The notes under the pieces are model-generated. The model made no database searches and had not been told where the DNA came from. It saw nothing but the letters and a program-made list of their open reading frames with translations. The translations under genes and the position numbers were made by a program. Positions 20,572 through 30,633 of a stretch of DNA of 64,000 bases are shown piece by piece (positions within the stretch are counted from its first letter, which is position 1; the number at the start of each line of letters is the position of its first letter). The stretch spans positions 2,144,001 through 2,208,000 of the forward strand of contig OZ245742.1 of assembly GCA_965227295.1 (NCBI GenBank), written 5' to 3'. Source of the DNA: Leptonemataceae bacterium (GTDB lineage: Bacteria; Spirochaetota; Leptospiria; Leptospirales; Leptonemataceae).

Positions 20572-20910
20572 ATGGAAACGATTACGCCGAAAGAACTGCA
20601 TGCCATGCGCGAGTCCGGAAAGAAGGTCTTCCTGGTCGACGTGCGCAATCCGGATGAGTGGTCCCAGGTGCACGCCACCGATGCGGCCCTCTATCCGCTG
20701 CCCGACTTCGACGCCATGGCGGTGAAAAAGAAATTCGAAGAGGGCACCTACGATGACGTGCGCATCTTCGCCATTTGCCGTAGCGGCGCGCGCTCGGCCC
20801 AGGCGGCGGGTATGCTCGAATCCGTGGGTGTCGACGCCGTCAACGTGACCGGTGGAACCATGCAGTGGGAGGCCGACGGCCTGCCCGTGGTTCACGGCGA
20901 CAGTGCGTAA
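20572..20910 (+). CDS. Rhodanese-like domain protein
   Basis: LVDVRNPDEW, CRSGARS active-site loop, GG...W. Confidence 0.93.
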   Translation: METITPKELHAMRESGKKVFLVDVRNPDEWSQVHATDAALYPLPDFDAMAVKKKFEEGTYDDVRIFAICRSGARSAQAAGMLESVGVDAVNVTGGTMQWEADGLPVVHGDSA

Positions 20911-21823
20911 GCGAATACACCGCGAGTACCTCGGGCCGGACCACGGCTACTGGTACACCGTGCGGCGCTCTCTGTACAAAGGGCGCACGCGCTTTCAAAA
21001 CGCCGAGATCGTCGAAAGCGAAACCTTCGGTCGCGTGATGTTACTGGACGGCATCACGCAACTCTACGAAACGAAAGAGTTTCAGTACCACGAGCCGCTG
21101 GTGCATCCGGCTCTGTGCGCGCATCCGAAGCCGCGCTCGGTGTTGATCATCGGGGCGGGAGACGGCGGAGTGTTGCGTGAGGTTGCGCGTTATAAAAACG
21201 TCGAGCACATCGACATGGTGGAACTGGACGGCGGTGTCATCGAACTTGCCCGGGAACATCTGCCCGAAGTGCATGCCGGCGCCTTCGACGATCCTCGTGT
21301 GCAGGTGCATATTGCCGACGGCCGGGCCTTCGTGGAAGGCCGGCGCGGCGAGTACGACGCCGTGCTCATGGACATGACCGATCCCCAGGGGCCGTCGGTT
21401 CTGTTGTATACCCTCGAATTTTTTCGGGCCGTGCGCCGGGCCCTGCGCGATGATCGCGGGGTTTTCGCCATGCATGCGGAGTCGCCGGACGATCGCCCGG
21501 CGGCGTTTGCTTCGATCCTGCGCACGAATCGCAAGGTCTTTCGGCACGTGAGCCCGCTGTTTCAGTTCGTACAACAGTACGGCACGAACTGGTGTTTCCT
21601 GCACAGCAGCGCGGCGACGAACGTGGCGGCGCTGAAGCCGGCCGTGGTCGATCGTCGCCTGCGGTCTGCTAAGGTACGCGGACTACAGGTTTACAACGGG
21701 GAAGCGCACCGTTCCATGGCCGCGTCCCGGCCGTACATCGATGCGCTAAGAAAACATCCGGACGCCCGCGTGATTCGCGACGCCGCGCCCGAGTTTCCGG
21801 ATGCCTTCGAGAACGTGGGGTGA
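20903..21823 (+). CDS. speE: Polyamine aminopropyltransferase (spermidine synthase)
   Basis: LDG..Q, YHE.LVHP, VLIIGAGDGG, VELD, MDMTDP; GTG start overlaps the rhodanese end. Confidence 0.92.
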   Translation: MRKRIHREYLGPDHGYWYTVRRSLYKGRTRFQNAEIVESETFGRVMLLDGITQLYETKEFQYHEPLVHPALCAHPKPRSVLIIGAGDGGVLREVARYKNVEHIDMVELDGGVIELAREHLPEVHAGAFDDPRVQVHIADGRAFVEGRRGEYDAVLMDMTDPQGPSVLLYTLEFFRAVRRALRDDRGVFAMHAESPDDRPAAFASILRTNRKVFRHVSPLFQFVQQYGTNWCFLHSSAATNVAALKPAVVDRRLRSAKVRGLQVYNGEAHRSMAASRPYIDALRKHPDARVIRDAAPEFPDAFENVG

Positions 21824-21850
21824 TTCGTCGCGACGCGCTTCACGGCTCAT

Positions 21851-22636
21851 TTATTCCAGGTCCGCCAAAAACTCACCGGCAATTTTCAGAAATTCGTCCG
21901 CCGCCGTATAGTGGAGCCAGTGGCCGTGTCCCGCAACCGTTTCGATGCTCGCGTTCGGAAAACGTGCGCGGATCAAATCGAAGTCGTCGTCCGTAACGTA
22001 GTCGGAGTCGCCGCCGCGAATGAACAAGGTCGGGCCGTCGTACGTTGCCTGGCCGAGCTCGATGCCCGAAGTAAACGCCGCATCCTTTAGTACGGGCACG
22101 TTGACCTTCCAGCGATAGCCGCCGTCGTCCCGGCGTTCCAGGTTCATCTGTAAAAACTGGCGGACCATGTCCGTTTGCACGTGTTGCCGCATGCGCTCGT
22201 CGATTTCCTGGCGCGACTGCGCATCGTCCACGCGCACCGAGAGCGCGGCGAATTCCTGATCGTGATGCGGCGGATACGAGCGCGGTGCGATGTCCACCAC
22301 GATGAGCGCGCGTGTGCGCTCCGGATATGTCAGTGCATAGGCCATGGCCGCGACGCCGCCCATGCTGTGGCCGAGCACAGTGGCATTGTCGATGTTGTGA
22401 TGCTTCGTCCAGCGAAGCAGATCTTCGCGCAGATCGTCCAGCGTGTGACTGTCCGCGTGCGGGGACGCGCCGTGGTTGCGTAGATCCAGGGCGTAAACAT
22501 CCAGGCCCTCGTTCGCATGAAGACGTTTCGCAACGCTGGTCCAGTTGCGCGAAGAGCCGAAGAGCCCGTGCAGAATGAGCAGCGGCGGCCGCCCCGGAGC
22601 CTCTTCGCGTTCGTAGTGCAGCAGGATTTCGTTCAT
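21851..22636 (-). CDS. Alpha/beta hydrolase (YbfF-like esterase)
   Basis: HGLFGS..NW, DLRNHG, GHSMGG, VDIAP, GHWLH. Confidence 0.93.
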   Translation of the reverse strand: MNEILLHYEREEAPGRPPLLILHGLFGSSRNWTSVAKRLHANEGLDVYALDLRNHGASPHADSHTLDDLREDLLRWTKHHNIDNATVLGHSMGGVAAMAYALTYPERTRALIVVDIAPRSYPPHHDQEFAALSVRVDDAQSRQEIDERMRQHVQTDMVRQFLQMNLERRDDGGYRWKVNVPVLKDAAFTSGIELGQATYDGPTLFIRGGDSDYVTDDDFDLIRARFPNASIETVAGHGHWLHYTAADEFLKIAGEFLADLE

Positions 22637-22698
22637 AGTTTTCGTGCGGGGGAAAGAATGATTGCAGCGCTCTCGCGCGCGATTTTTTTCATGATAGT

Positions 22699-25600
22699 AT
22701 GTTTTTCGAATCGCGACAACCGGAGACGGCTCCGGCATGTTCTCCGGAGTACGTCGCCTGTCGCGACGCTTTTTTCGCCGGCGACTTAACGCGCGCGCAG
22801 GAGCTGGCGCTCGCGCAGGATGGGCCGCGGATTCCCGGCGACTGGCTGCTCTGTTCCGATGTCGTGCGAGCCTTCGGTCATCCCCGGGGTTACTACGCCC
22901 TCGTGCGCCTGGCCTATCGCCGTCATTCCGACGACGTGCTCATTGCGGTACAGCGCGCCCGCTCCGATCTGCGCTTTGATCGGGAACTGCTCGGTCGCCT
23001 GGAACGTTTTGAGTTTCCGGACCTGGATGATCGGAAACGCGCGCTGATTGAAGGCGTGCTGGCGGCTTCTCGTGCGCGGGTGGGCTTTCGGGAGCGCGCA
23101 CGGCGTCACATTGCGGCGGCCTTGCAACTGGCCGGCGAAGAGGATCCCCTCGTGAACTACGAACTGGCCTTTGCCTGCAGTCGCCTGGGTCAATGGGACG
23201 ACGCCATTGCCGCCGGTTATCGCGTGGTGGAGGCGGCGCCGCGGTGGACCTTTGCGCGGTTGTTTCTCGCGGATTTTTTGTCGGCCTGCGGACGCGGCGA
23301 CGAGGCGGATCGGCTGATCGACGCGATCGTAGACGCCGGCTTCGGCGACGCGAATACCGGATTCGTGCGGGGATTTCGAGCCTTCGCCGCCGGCGAGTAC
23401 AAACTTGCACACAGTAGATTCTTAGAGATCAAAGCCAGGCAGGGCCGCAATCCGGCAGTGCAGGAGATTCTGGTGCACACGGCCTGGATGCAGGGGGACG
23501 CGGAGAAGGCCCGGGAGTACGCGCGCACGGCGGGGTATCGTCTGGACGCGGACCTGCGGCGTCGTTTCGAAGAGGGAAATCCGCAGGCGCGCCGTTGTAT
23601 GGTGCCGGTCTGGATCATGTCTCAGCAGACCGGCATGGCCGTCGCTGCCGCCTTCAGTCTCTGTGCCCGGGCCCAGGGCCACGGCCTGAACGCCGTGGAG
23701 TTCCACGCCCTGCTTACGGATCCGGCTCGTCGCGGCCAGGACGGGGCATCGCCCTGGGTCGCCGTGGAGGAGTTGCGCCGGCTGGGCTTTCATGCGATGC
23801 GCATCAGGGCCCGACCGGACATTCTGCGCAACTGCCTCGATCTTGGCCTTCCGCTGGTCCTCGAACACTCCGGCGTGTTCAGCAATCATCTTGAAACCGT
23901 CTGCGGTTACGACGACGGACTGCGTATCTTCTACGTGCGGGATCCGGAAAGCTGGGTGCCACAAACAGTTAGCTACGAAGACTTTGCGACTCGCTATGAA
24001 CGCGGAAGCTGTGGTGCTACCGTTCTGGTGGTTCCGGAACGCCGGGCCTCCGTCGTGATTCCCGATGATTGGCTGGATGAGGAACGCGAGGCGCTGGCGG
24101 AACTCGCGTCCGCCTGCGCCGGGGGAGACGTAGTGCGGGCGGAAGCCGCGGCGGAGCGCATCCCGGATCACAGCCCGCTGGCCCTGATGCGCGATAGTTA
24201 CGGGAGCGGGGTCAGCATCGGTCCGCGCCGTTTTCAGGAGGGCCTGCGACGTTTTGCTTTTGATGAACTGGCCGCCCCGGTATACCGCGTGCGGGCTCAT
24301 CTTTTATTGGACGCGGAGCATGGCGAAGGTACGTATCCGCCGCCGGAACTCCTGCAGCGATTGGAGCGGGCCGGCGAGCGTACGTTCGTACGCGACTACG
24401 TTCGGCTCATGATCCATCGCGAGGAGGGGCGGCACGCGAACGCGGCGGAGCTCTGTATCCGCATGTTGCAGCGTGCGCCGGCCCTGGAAGCACTGTGGTC
24501 GTATCTGTGCGATGCGTATCTGGAGTTGGGGCGTTACGAGGAGGCGCGGGCGGTCATCACGGAGGGCGCGGAGATTTCACCGGCTTCCACTTTTTTGCGC
24601 AGTCGGCGGCGACTCTTTGCCCTGGCAGAAGAGAATGTAAACGAGGATCGCCGTATCCTCGAAGGTCTCATGCGGGAGTATCCGGATCAGCACGAGCTGC
24701 GCGGCGAATATGCTTTCGTACTGCGGCGTTCGGCCTCCGGTCTCGAGTACGAGGATGCTGAGAAGGCCTACATCCGTCGCCAGCCGCGGAATCCCGCCGG
24801 ATACCAGCGTCTCGCGGATTGGTATCTAAGGCAGGATCGTAAAGAGCTTGCCGAGGAATGTTTGGAGGCAGGCCGCCGCCGGCTCAGCGCGGAAGAGCTG
24901 CCCGATCCCGCCGGGGCGCCGGACAGCGGAGACGAAAACGAAAAATTAATGAACGAGGCTTTTCAGCTGCTGCACGAAGACAGTCCGCAAGGTGTCGGCG
25001 TCGACGAGATCCCGCCCATCCGGACGCTGCGGGAAAAACAGAATCGCGGGCGACTGCCCTGGCAGGACGCGGTCAGTCTGCACGTGCTGCGCCTGTTCGG
25101 CACCGGTCAGGATCAAATTGCTTTTCAGAGTATCTTAGCGGAAGATTTGTCCGGGGCCGCACCGGCCAACGTCGAGTTATTTCTGGAACGATGCAGCGGA
25201 CTATACTGGCCGCGCCCGACGGCCATGGCCTTGTATCGCTGGAGCGTGGAGTATTGCGAACGCAACGGCGTTACGCGGGCGCGCGGAACGCTGTTACGCC
25301 TGCATCAGGGGCGCCTGTGTGAAAGCGGCGGGGAACACAGCACGGCCGAGACGATCTACCGCGAGCTGATTGAGGACGACCCCGATTGCGCGGAGGCCCA
25401 TTATCGTCTGGGCGGCATCCTCGCGCGGCGGGGGGCAGGCGCTGAAGCCCGGTCCTGTTTCGAACGAAGCCTGGAGGCCTTGCCCGGCCACGACGAAGCA
25501 CTGCGTGAGCTGAGCGATCTGTACCTCTATGCCGGCCAGTACGACCGGGCTCTGGATGTACAAAACGATTTGCTGCGACTGCTGCCGTACTCTTTCGCGA

Positions 25601-26892
25601 TTCTCGATCGCCTTGTGCTGTTGTATCGGCGCTGCACTCCGGATCGTTTCGACGCGGTACTGGAGCATGCCTCCGCGGTGCATCCTGGCGAAAGCATTGC
25701 AGGGCTTCGCGTGCAGGATGCGCTGAGCCGCGGCGATGCTGTCGGCGCGCGAAGTCTTCTGGATGCGCACCCGCGTATGGTCGACCTGCATCCGGGCGTC
25801 TATTATCGATCGTACGTCTCCGTGTTGCTGAATGCGAACGACCTGGAGAGCGCGCGACTTTACATTGATCGCGGTCTCGCGGCGCTCCCCGACGACGGCT
25901 GGTTGTTGCTGCAACGCGGTTGGTTTTTGAATCAAGAAGACGGCGACCGCGCCCGGGAGTTTTATCGTGCGGCGATAAGCCGGGGTGTCTTCGACGAGCG
26001 TTTGTTGGAGGTCTATCTTTCTTTGTACAATGCAAGCGAGCGCGAAGCCCTGGACCAACTCCTGGAAACCGTAGAACCCGCGCTGCATCTGCGCATGATC
26101 CTGTGGCTTGCGGAAACCCTCGAACGTTTCGAGATCCCTCATGTACGCGCGGACTTACTGCGAGACCTGGCCGAACATTACGAGGAAACGTATCGCGGCC
26201 TCGCCGCTCTGCGTTACGAAGCAGCGGAAGACTATCTGCGCTGGAATCGCGTGGATGAAGCCGAAGCACTGGCGCGCCTTATGCACGATCGAGATCCGGA
26301 GTCGCCGGCGGCGAACGCGTTGACGGCCCGTTGTCTCGTGCTGAACGGAAAGTTTCGTGAGGCCCGGTCCTTCGCCGAACGGTTTCACGCACGCAGTCGC
26401 TCGGCGGAAAGCTTAACTTTACTTGCGGATATTCTAAGAAACGAAAACCAGGATGACGCGGCCGGGAAGCAGTATGTCGAGGCGCTGCGTCTGAATTCAT
26501 TTTACGGACCGGCGCTCATTGGCCTCGTTCGTATGGGGGAGCCGTCTCCGGAACTGCCGGGTCTCGTGTTCGAGAATTTACGTCGGGGTTACGGCTGGGA
26601 GCAGCCCTGGTATCATGTGCTCGCCGTTTCTCTGGCCAAACGTCACGACACGGCGGTGCCGGAAGAGTGGCTTGCCGGTGCGCTGAAACGATTCGATTAT
26701 TTACCCGAGGGCGATGCGCGTTTCGAACGGGAACGGCTGGAATTGGCCGCGGCGCTGCGGGCCTGGCTGCGTCGTCGCCGCAAACCTCAGCAAAGACGTT
26801 TTGAGCAAATTGTGAACGCTGCTTTGCGGCCGGTCTCGGATCCGGGAGAAGCCTGGGTACCGGAGGAGGGGCTTTCGTCAGCTTCGCTCTGA
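22699..26892 (+). CDS. Large TPR protein with peptidase C39-like domain
   Basis: Many TPR-like helical repeats; 'HLETVCGYDD...YVRDP' is C39-like; expected catalytic Cys appears to be Ala. Confidence 0.75.
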   Translation: MFFESRQPETAPACSPEYVACRDAFFAGDLTRAQELALAQDGPRIPGDWLLCSDVVRAFGHPRGYYALVRLAYRRHSDDVLIAVQRARSDLRFDRELLGRLERFEFPDLDDRKRALIEGVLAASRARVGFRERARRHIAAALQLAGEEDPLVNYELAFACSRLGQWDDAIAAGYRVVEAAPRWTFARLFLADFLSACGRGDEADRLIDAIVDAGFGDANTGFVRGFRAFAAGEYKLAHSRFLEIKARQGRNPAVQEILVHTAWMQGDAEKAREYARTAGYRLDADLRRRFEEGNPQARRCMVPVWIMSQQTGMAVAAAFSLCARAQGHGLNAVEFHALLTDPARRGQDGASPWVAVEELRRLGFHAMRIRARPDILRNCLDLGLPLVLEHSGVFSNHLETVCGYDDGLRIFYVRDPESWVPQTVSYEDFATRYERGSCGATVLVVPERRASVVIPDDWLDEEREALAELASACAGGDVVRAEAAAERIPDHSPLALMRDSYGSGVSIGPRRFQEGLRRFAFDELAAPVYRVRAHLLLDAEHGEGTYPPPELLQRLERAGERTFVRDYVRLMIHREEGRHANAAELCIRMLQRAPALEALWSYLCDAYLELGRYEEARAVITEGAEISPASTFLRSRRRLFALAEENVNEDRRILEGLMREYPDQHELRGEYAFVLRRSASGLEYEDAEKAYIRRQPRNPAGYQRLADWYLRQDRKELAEECLEAGRRRLSAEELPDPAGAPDSGDENEKLMNEAFQLLHEDSPQGVGVDEIPPIRTLREKQNRGRLPWQDAVSLHVLRLFGTGQDQIAFQSILAEDLSGAAPANVELFLERCSGLYWPRPTAMALYRWSVEYCERNGVTRARGTLLRLHQGRLCESGGEHSTAETIYRELIEDDPDCAEAHYRLGGILARRGAGAEARSCFERSLEALPGHDEALRELSDLYLYAGQYDRALDVQNDLLRLLPYSFAILDRLVLLYRRCTPDRFDAVLEHASAVHPGESIAGLRVQDALSRGDAVGARSLLDAHPRMVDLHPGVYYRSYVSVLLNANDLESARLYIDRGLAALPDDGWLLLQRGWFLNQEDGDRAREFYRAAISRGVFDERLLEVYLSLYNASEREALDQLLETVEPALHLRMILWLAETLERFEIPHVRADLLRDLAEHYEETYRGLAALRYEAAEDYLRWNRVDEAEALARLMHDRDPESPAANALTARCLVLNGKFREARSFAERFHARSRSAESLTLLADILRNENQDDAAGKQYVEALRLNSFYGPALIGLVRMGEPSPELPGLVFENLRRGYGWEQPWYHVLAVSLAKRHDTAVPEEWLAGALKRFDYLPEGDARFERERLELAAALRAWLRRRRKPQQRRFEQIVNAALRPVSDPGEAWVPEEGLSSASL

Positions 26893-28443
26893 AAAACGGA
26901 GTCTGAATTCGAGATGCACGGCCCTGTCCCCGTACCGGTCATGCGGGGCGTTCAGGTCTTCGTCGGCATAACCTGAATAAACATCGCATACCGTAATCGT
27001 GCGCTCTTCGAGGCGAAACTCCAACCGCCAGGTGCGATAGGCGATTACGTAACAATCGTCGCCGGAATGGGTGACTCGTTTGCGAGAATCGTCCGTGGGA
27101 TAGGCTGCTAACTGCGTACGCGCGAAGCTTTCCAGATCGAGGTCGCCGTGTTCGCGAATCCAGAGCGTGCGTTCCGCGGCCCCGGCCGTAAACTCCACTG
27201 TGAAGCGTTCCTCGGAAACCGCTTCCGTCCATCCGGCCGCGGCGTCCGGAAAGGCGTCGGCATAGGGGATGTATGGTTTGATGTCGTAGACCGGCGTGCC
27301 GTCCAGGAGGTCGAAGTCGCGCACCGTAACTTCTCTTCCCTGAATGCTAACGAGTTCGACACAGGACAGCCCCAGGCGATTGGGGCGGTACGGCGAACGA
27401 CTGGCGAACAGGCCGACGCGCTCGACATCCTGGCGGGGCGGTCGGGTCGTGGGACGCCAGCCGGCCCCGGCATTGGCGTGGAAGTCGTAGATGAGCCATA
27501 CGCGATCAAAGCCGTCGAGGTCGCGCAGGGCCTGCTCGAAGTTGCGCCCCTGCGCAAGACGCAGGACTCCCGGTTCGCCGACGGAATTCAGGCTACCCTG
27601 ACGCGGAGCGTCCTGGCGATATCGAAAGTTGCAGTGAAAGACACCGATCGGTTCCAGCTCCGGCGGCGGGGGAGAGTTTTGCGCGCGGCGATTCAGCGAC
27701 CGGCGCGCGCTGTAGGCCGCCACTGCAAAGGCGTTGGCGACGTTGAGCGAGGCCTTGCGACCGTACATCGGAACGGCCACGACGTGATCGGCTGCTTCCA
27801 GGAGGTCGGCGGAGATACCGAGTTCTTCGTTGCCGGCGATCAAGAGTGCCTCGGCCGGCCAGGGAAAGTCTTCGATATCTAAAGCCTGTGAAGTAGATTC
27901 TAATGCTATGATCTTAGCGTTCGGATGCAGGGATCGATACTCTTCGAGGGCCCCGGCGGCATTGTCGAAGCGCAAGACGGGCAACCAGGTTTCCGCGCCG
28001 AGGGCGGCCGCCCGTACGGCATCGTTTTCCGGGCCCGGGCTGTAGCCGCTCAGATGGACGCGTTGAAAACCGAAGGCATCCGCCGTGCGCAGGATGCTGC
28101 CGATGTTGTAGCCTGAACGCAGGTTGTGCAACAGCACCTCATACGGAATTTCCGGGCCGCGCGGTTCCGCGCGATCACCGGTGTCGACCAGAACGGCGAG
28201 CACGGAGCGTTCCGGGCCCAGGCCGCCGCGCCGGCGTTGTTCCAGGTAAGCGTCGTAGATGCTGCGCGGATCGCGACGGACCAGGGCGGGGCCGTCCCCG
28301 GCGAGGCCCTGCAAGCGATCGTACTCGTCCAGCGCCCCGACTGATTTGTCCGCATCGAGCAGGGCCTGTTTCAGCAGATCGGCGAGTTTCCTGGACCGGT
28401 GAGCCGCCTCGAGTCCGAGAAACTTCTTTTTACTGAACGGCAC
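26878..28443 (-). CDS. tsaA: Fusion of TrmH/SpoU RNA methyltransferase and TsaA/TrmO tRNA m6t6A methyltransferase
   Basis: NIGSILRTAD, GNEELG, MYGRKASLNV (SpoU); APRQG, FASRSPYRPNRLGLS, DLLDGTPVYDIKPY (TsaA); GGAGG before GTG. Confidence 0.88.
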   Translation of the reverse strand: MPFSKKKFLGLEAAHRSRKLADLLKQALLDADKSVGALDEYDRLQGLAGDGPALVRRDPRSIYDAYLEQRRRGGLGPERSVLAVLVDTGDRAEPRGPEIPYEVLLHNLRSGYNIGSILRTADAFGFQRVHLSGYSPGPENDAVRAAALGAETWLPVLRFDNAAGALEEYRSLHPNAKIIALESTSQALDIEDFPWPAEALLIAGNEELGISADLLEAADHVVAVPMYGRKASLNVANAFAVAAYSARRSLNRRAQNSPPPPELEPIGVFHCNFRYRQDAPRQGSLNSVGEPGVLRLAQGRNFEQALRDLDGFDRVWLIYDFHANAGAGWRPTTRPPRQDVERVGLFASRSPYRPNRLGLSCVELVSIQGREVTVRDFDLLDGTPVYDIKPYIPYADAFPDAAAGWTEAVSEERFTVEFTAGAAERTLWIREHGDLDLESFARTQLAAYPTDDSRKRVTHSGDDCYVIAYRTWRLEFRLEERTITVCDVYSGYADEDLNAPHDRYGDRAVHLEFRLRFSERS

Positions 28444-28454
28444 ACGTCCTCCGC

Positions 28455-30590
28455 TTACTTGACGGCGACGCCGTCCGGCGCATCCACGCAAACGTATTCG
28501 CCGTGAAATCCTAACTGTAAATCACCGTACATTACGTGGCCGGCCGCGGTCTTGACGTCCAGTTTCTGATAGTCCTTGATGCTCGCCTTCGCCTTCGGCA
28601 CGACGGCGATGTTACCGAAGTGCAGCGTCGTGCCCACGGGAATTTCTCCCGGGTTCAGAAGCCGGGCCTTGCCGTCGGCTCCGTCGGCGGCCAGCAGCAT
28701 GCCCGCGGACTCGATGCCGCGTAGCTTTGCCGGCTTCAAGTTCGCGAAGAGCACGACGTGGCGGTCTCTTAACTCTTCGGGAGTGTAACTTTGTTTGAGG
28801 CCGGCACAGACCGTGCGTTCGTCCCGGCCGGTCTGGATCTTCAGCACGTAGAGCGCGTCCGCCTCCGGATGGTCGGCGACTTCGACGATCCGGGCCACGC
28901 GCAGGTCCAGCTTCGAGGCCGGGTCTCCGGCCGCCGGTTGGGCCTTGCCTTCGCCCTTGTGTTTCTTCGCAGCATCCGCGGATTTGTCCTCGGGGGTGTC
29001 TTCCTGGATGCGCGGAAAAAGCGCGTCCTTTTTCGCCAGGCTTTCGCCGCCGTTTAACACGCCCCACTCAAGATCGTTCCGCACCGGTGCACGATCCTGG
29101 CCGAGCATCGCCAGGCCCGCGACGGTTTTTTGCGGCATTACAGGATGCAGAAGACACAGGGCCAGACGCAAGGCCTCGGCGGCGTGAAAGAGCACGGTAC
29201 CCAACTCGGCCTTGAGCACGGCGTCGCCGTCGCCCGGGGCGGCTTCTTTCAATCGCTTCGCCATTTGCCAGGGTGCCCGCTGTTCCAGATAACGATTCAC
29301 GCCCCGAACCAGTCCGGCAACTTCTTCAAGCGCGAACGAAAGCTTCATGGATTCGACGAGTTCGATGCACTTTGTCTTCGCCGCGACGGCGAGTTCGCGC
29401 AACTCGACCTCGGCCTTGCCCACGGTGGCCACGGGCTTCGTTAACTTTCCCTCGAAGTTAGTTAATACGAACTTGTTTACACGATTGATGGCGTTGCCGA
29501 GATCGTTGGCCAGGTCGGTGTTCGTGCGTGAGACGAACAGATCATGCGACCAGGTGGCGTCCTGACCGAGGACCATGTCGCGCATTAAGAAGTAGCGCAC
29601 GGTGTCGGTGCCGTATTGATCGGCGTAGCTGTCGGGATCGATGACGTTGCCCGTGGTCTTGGACATTTTTTCGCCGCTGCCGGCCTTCGCGGCCGGGCTT
29701 TGCGCGAGCCACCAGCCGTGAGCCAGGATGTGTCGCGGCAACGTGCGGCCCATGCCCATGAGCATGGTCGGCCAGTATACGGAGTGTGTAGTTAAGATGT
29801 CCTTGCCGATGACGTGAAAGTTCGCCGGCCAGGCCTTGCTGCCGTCGGGAAACGTTTTGTCTAACACACCGCTTTCGTAATTTAAGAGGGCGTCGAACCA
29901 AACGTAGGTTACGAAGTCCTGGTCGAAGGGCAGGGGGATGCCCCATTCGAGCCGTGACTTCGGCCGACTGATGCACAGATCCTGTAAGGGCTGACGCAAG
30001 AATCCCAGGACCTCGTTGCGGCGAAACTCCGGTTGAATGAAGTCCGGGTTGTCTTCGATGTGCTTGATGAGCCGATCCTGGTACGAGCCCATCTTGAAGA
30101 AGTAGTTCTTTTCTTCCAGCCACTCCACCGGTCGCCCGCTGATGGGGTCTTTGCCGTCCACCAGTTCGTCGTCGCTGAAAAAACGCTCCTCGCTGACGGA
30201 GTACCAGCCGGCGTAGGTTTCTTCGTAGATTTCACCACGATCATACAATTCTTGCAATGACTGTTGCACGTAACGTACGTGATCTGCGTCGGTGGTGCGA
30301 ATGAAACGATCGTATTCGATGTTCAGCTTTTGCCAGAGATCCTTAAAACGTACGTGAAACTCGTCGACGTGCGCCTTCGGATGGACGCCGCGTTTCGCCG
30401 CGGCCTGCTGGACCTTTTGTCCGTGTTCGTCGGTGCCCGTAAGAAAGAACGTGTTGTATCCGAGCAACTTGTGAAAGCGCGTGAGTACGTCCGCCAGAAT
30501 CGTCGTGTACGCGTGACCGATGTGCGGCCGATCGTTGGCGTAGTAGATCGGCGTGGTGATGTAGAAATTCTTTGCTTTGTCCGCGGACAT
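28455..30590 (-). CDS. metG: Methionine--tRNA ligase with C-terminal tRNA-binding domain
   Basis: HIGH, GTDEHG, YVWFDAL, KMSKT; C-terminal ANLKPAKLRGIESAGM. Confidence 0.97.
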   Translation of the reverse strand: MSADKAKNFYITTPIYYANDRPHIGHAYTTILADVLTRFHKLLGYNTFFLTGTDEHGQKVQQAAAKRGVHPKAHVDEFHVRFKDLWQKLNIEYDRFIRTTDADHVRYVQQSLQELYDRGEIYEETYAGWYSVSEERFFSDDELVDGKDPISGRPVEWLEEKNYFFKMGSYQDRLIKHIEDNPDFIQPEFRRNEVLGFLRQPLQDLCISRPKSRLEWGIPLPFDQDFVTYVWFDALLNYESGVLDKTFPDGSKAWPANFHVIGKDILTTHSVYWPTMLMGMGRTLPRHILAHGWWLAQSPAAKAGSGEKMSKTTGNVIDPDSYADQYGTDTVRYFLMRDMVLGQDATWSHDLFVSRTNTDLANDLGNAINRVNKFVLTNFEGKLTKPVATVGKAEVELRELAVAAKTKCIELVESMKLSFALEEVAGLVRGVNRYLEQRAPWQMAKRLKEAAPGDGDAVLKAELGTVLFHAAEALRLALCLLHPVMPQKTVAGLAMLGQDRAPVRNDLEWGVLNGGESLAKKDALFPRIQEDTPEDKSADAAKKHKGEGKAQPAAGDPASKLDLRVARIVEVADHPEADALYVLKIQTGRDERTVCAGLKQSYTPEELRDRHVVLFANLKPAKLRGIESAGMLLAADGADGKARLLNPGEIPVGTTLHFGNIAVVPKAKASIKDYQKLDVKTAAGHVMYGDLQLGFHGEYVCVDAPDGVAVK

Positions 30591-30633
30591 GCGGCAGGAT
30601 TTTGCCGCGGCGCAAGGGTGTCCAGCAAACCCT

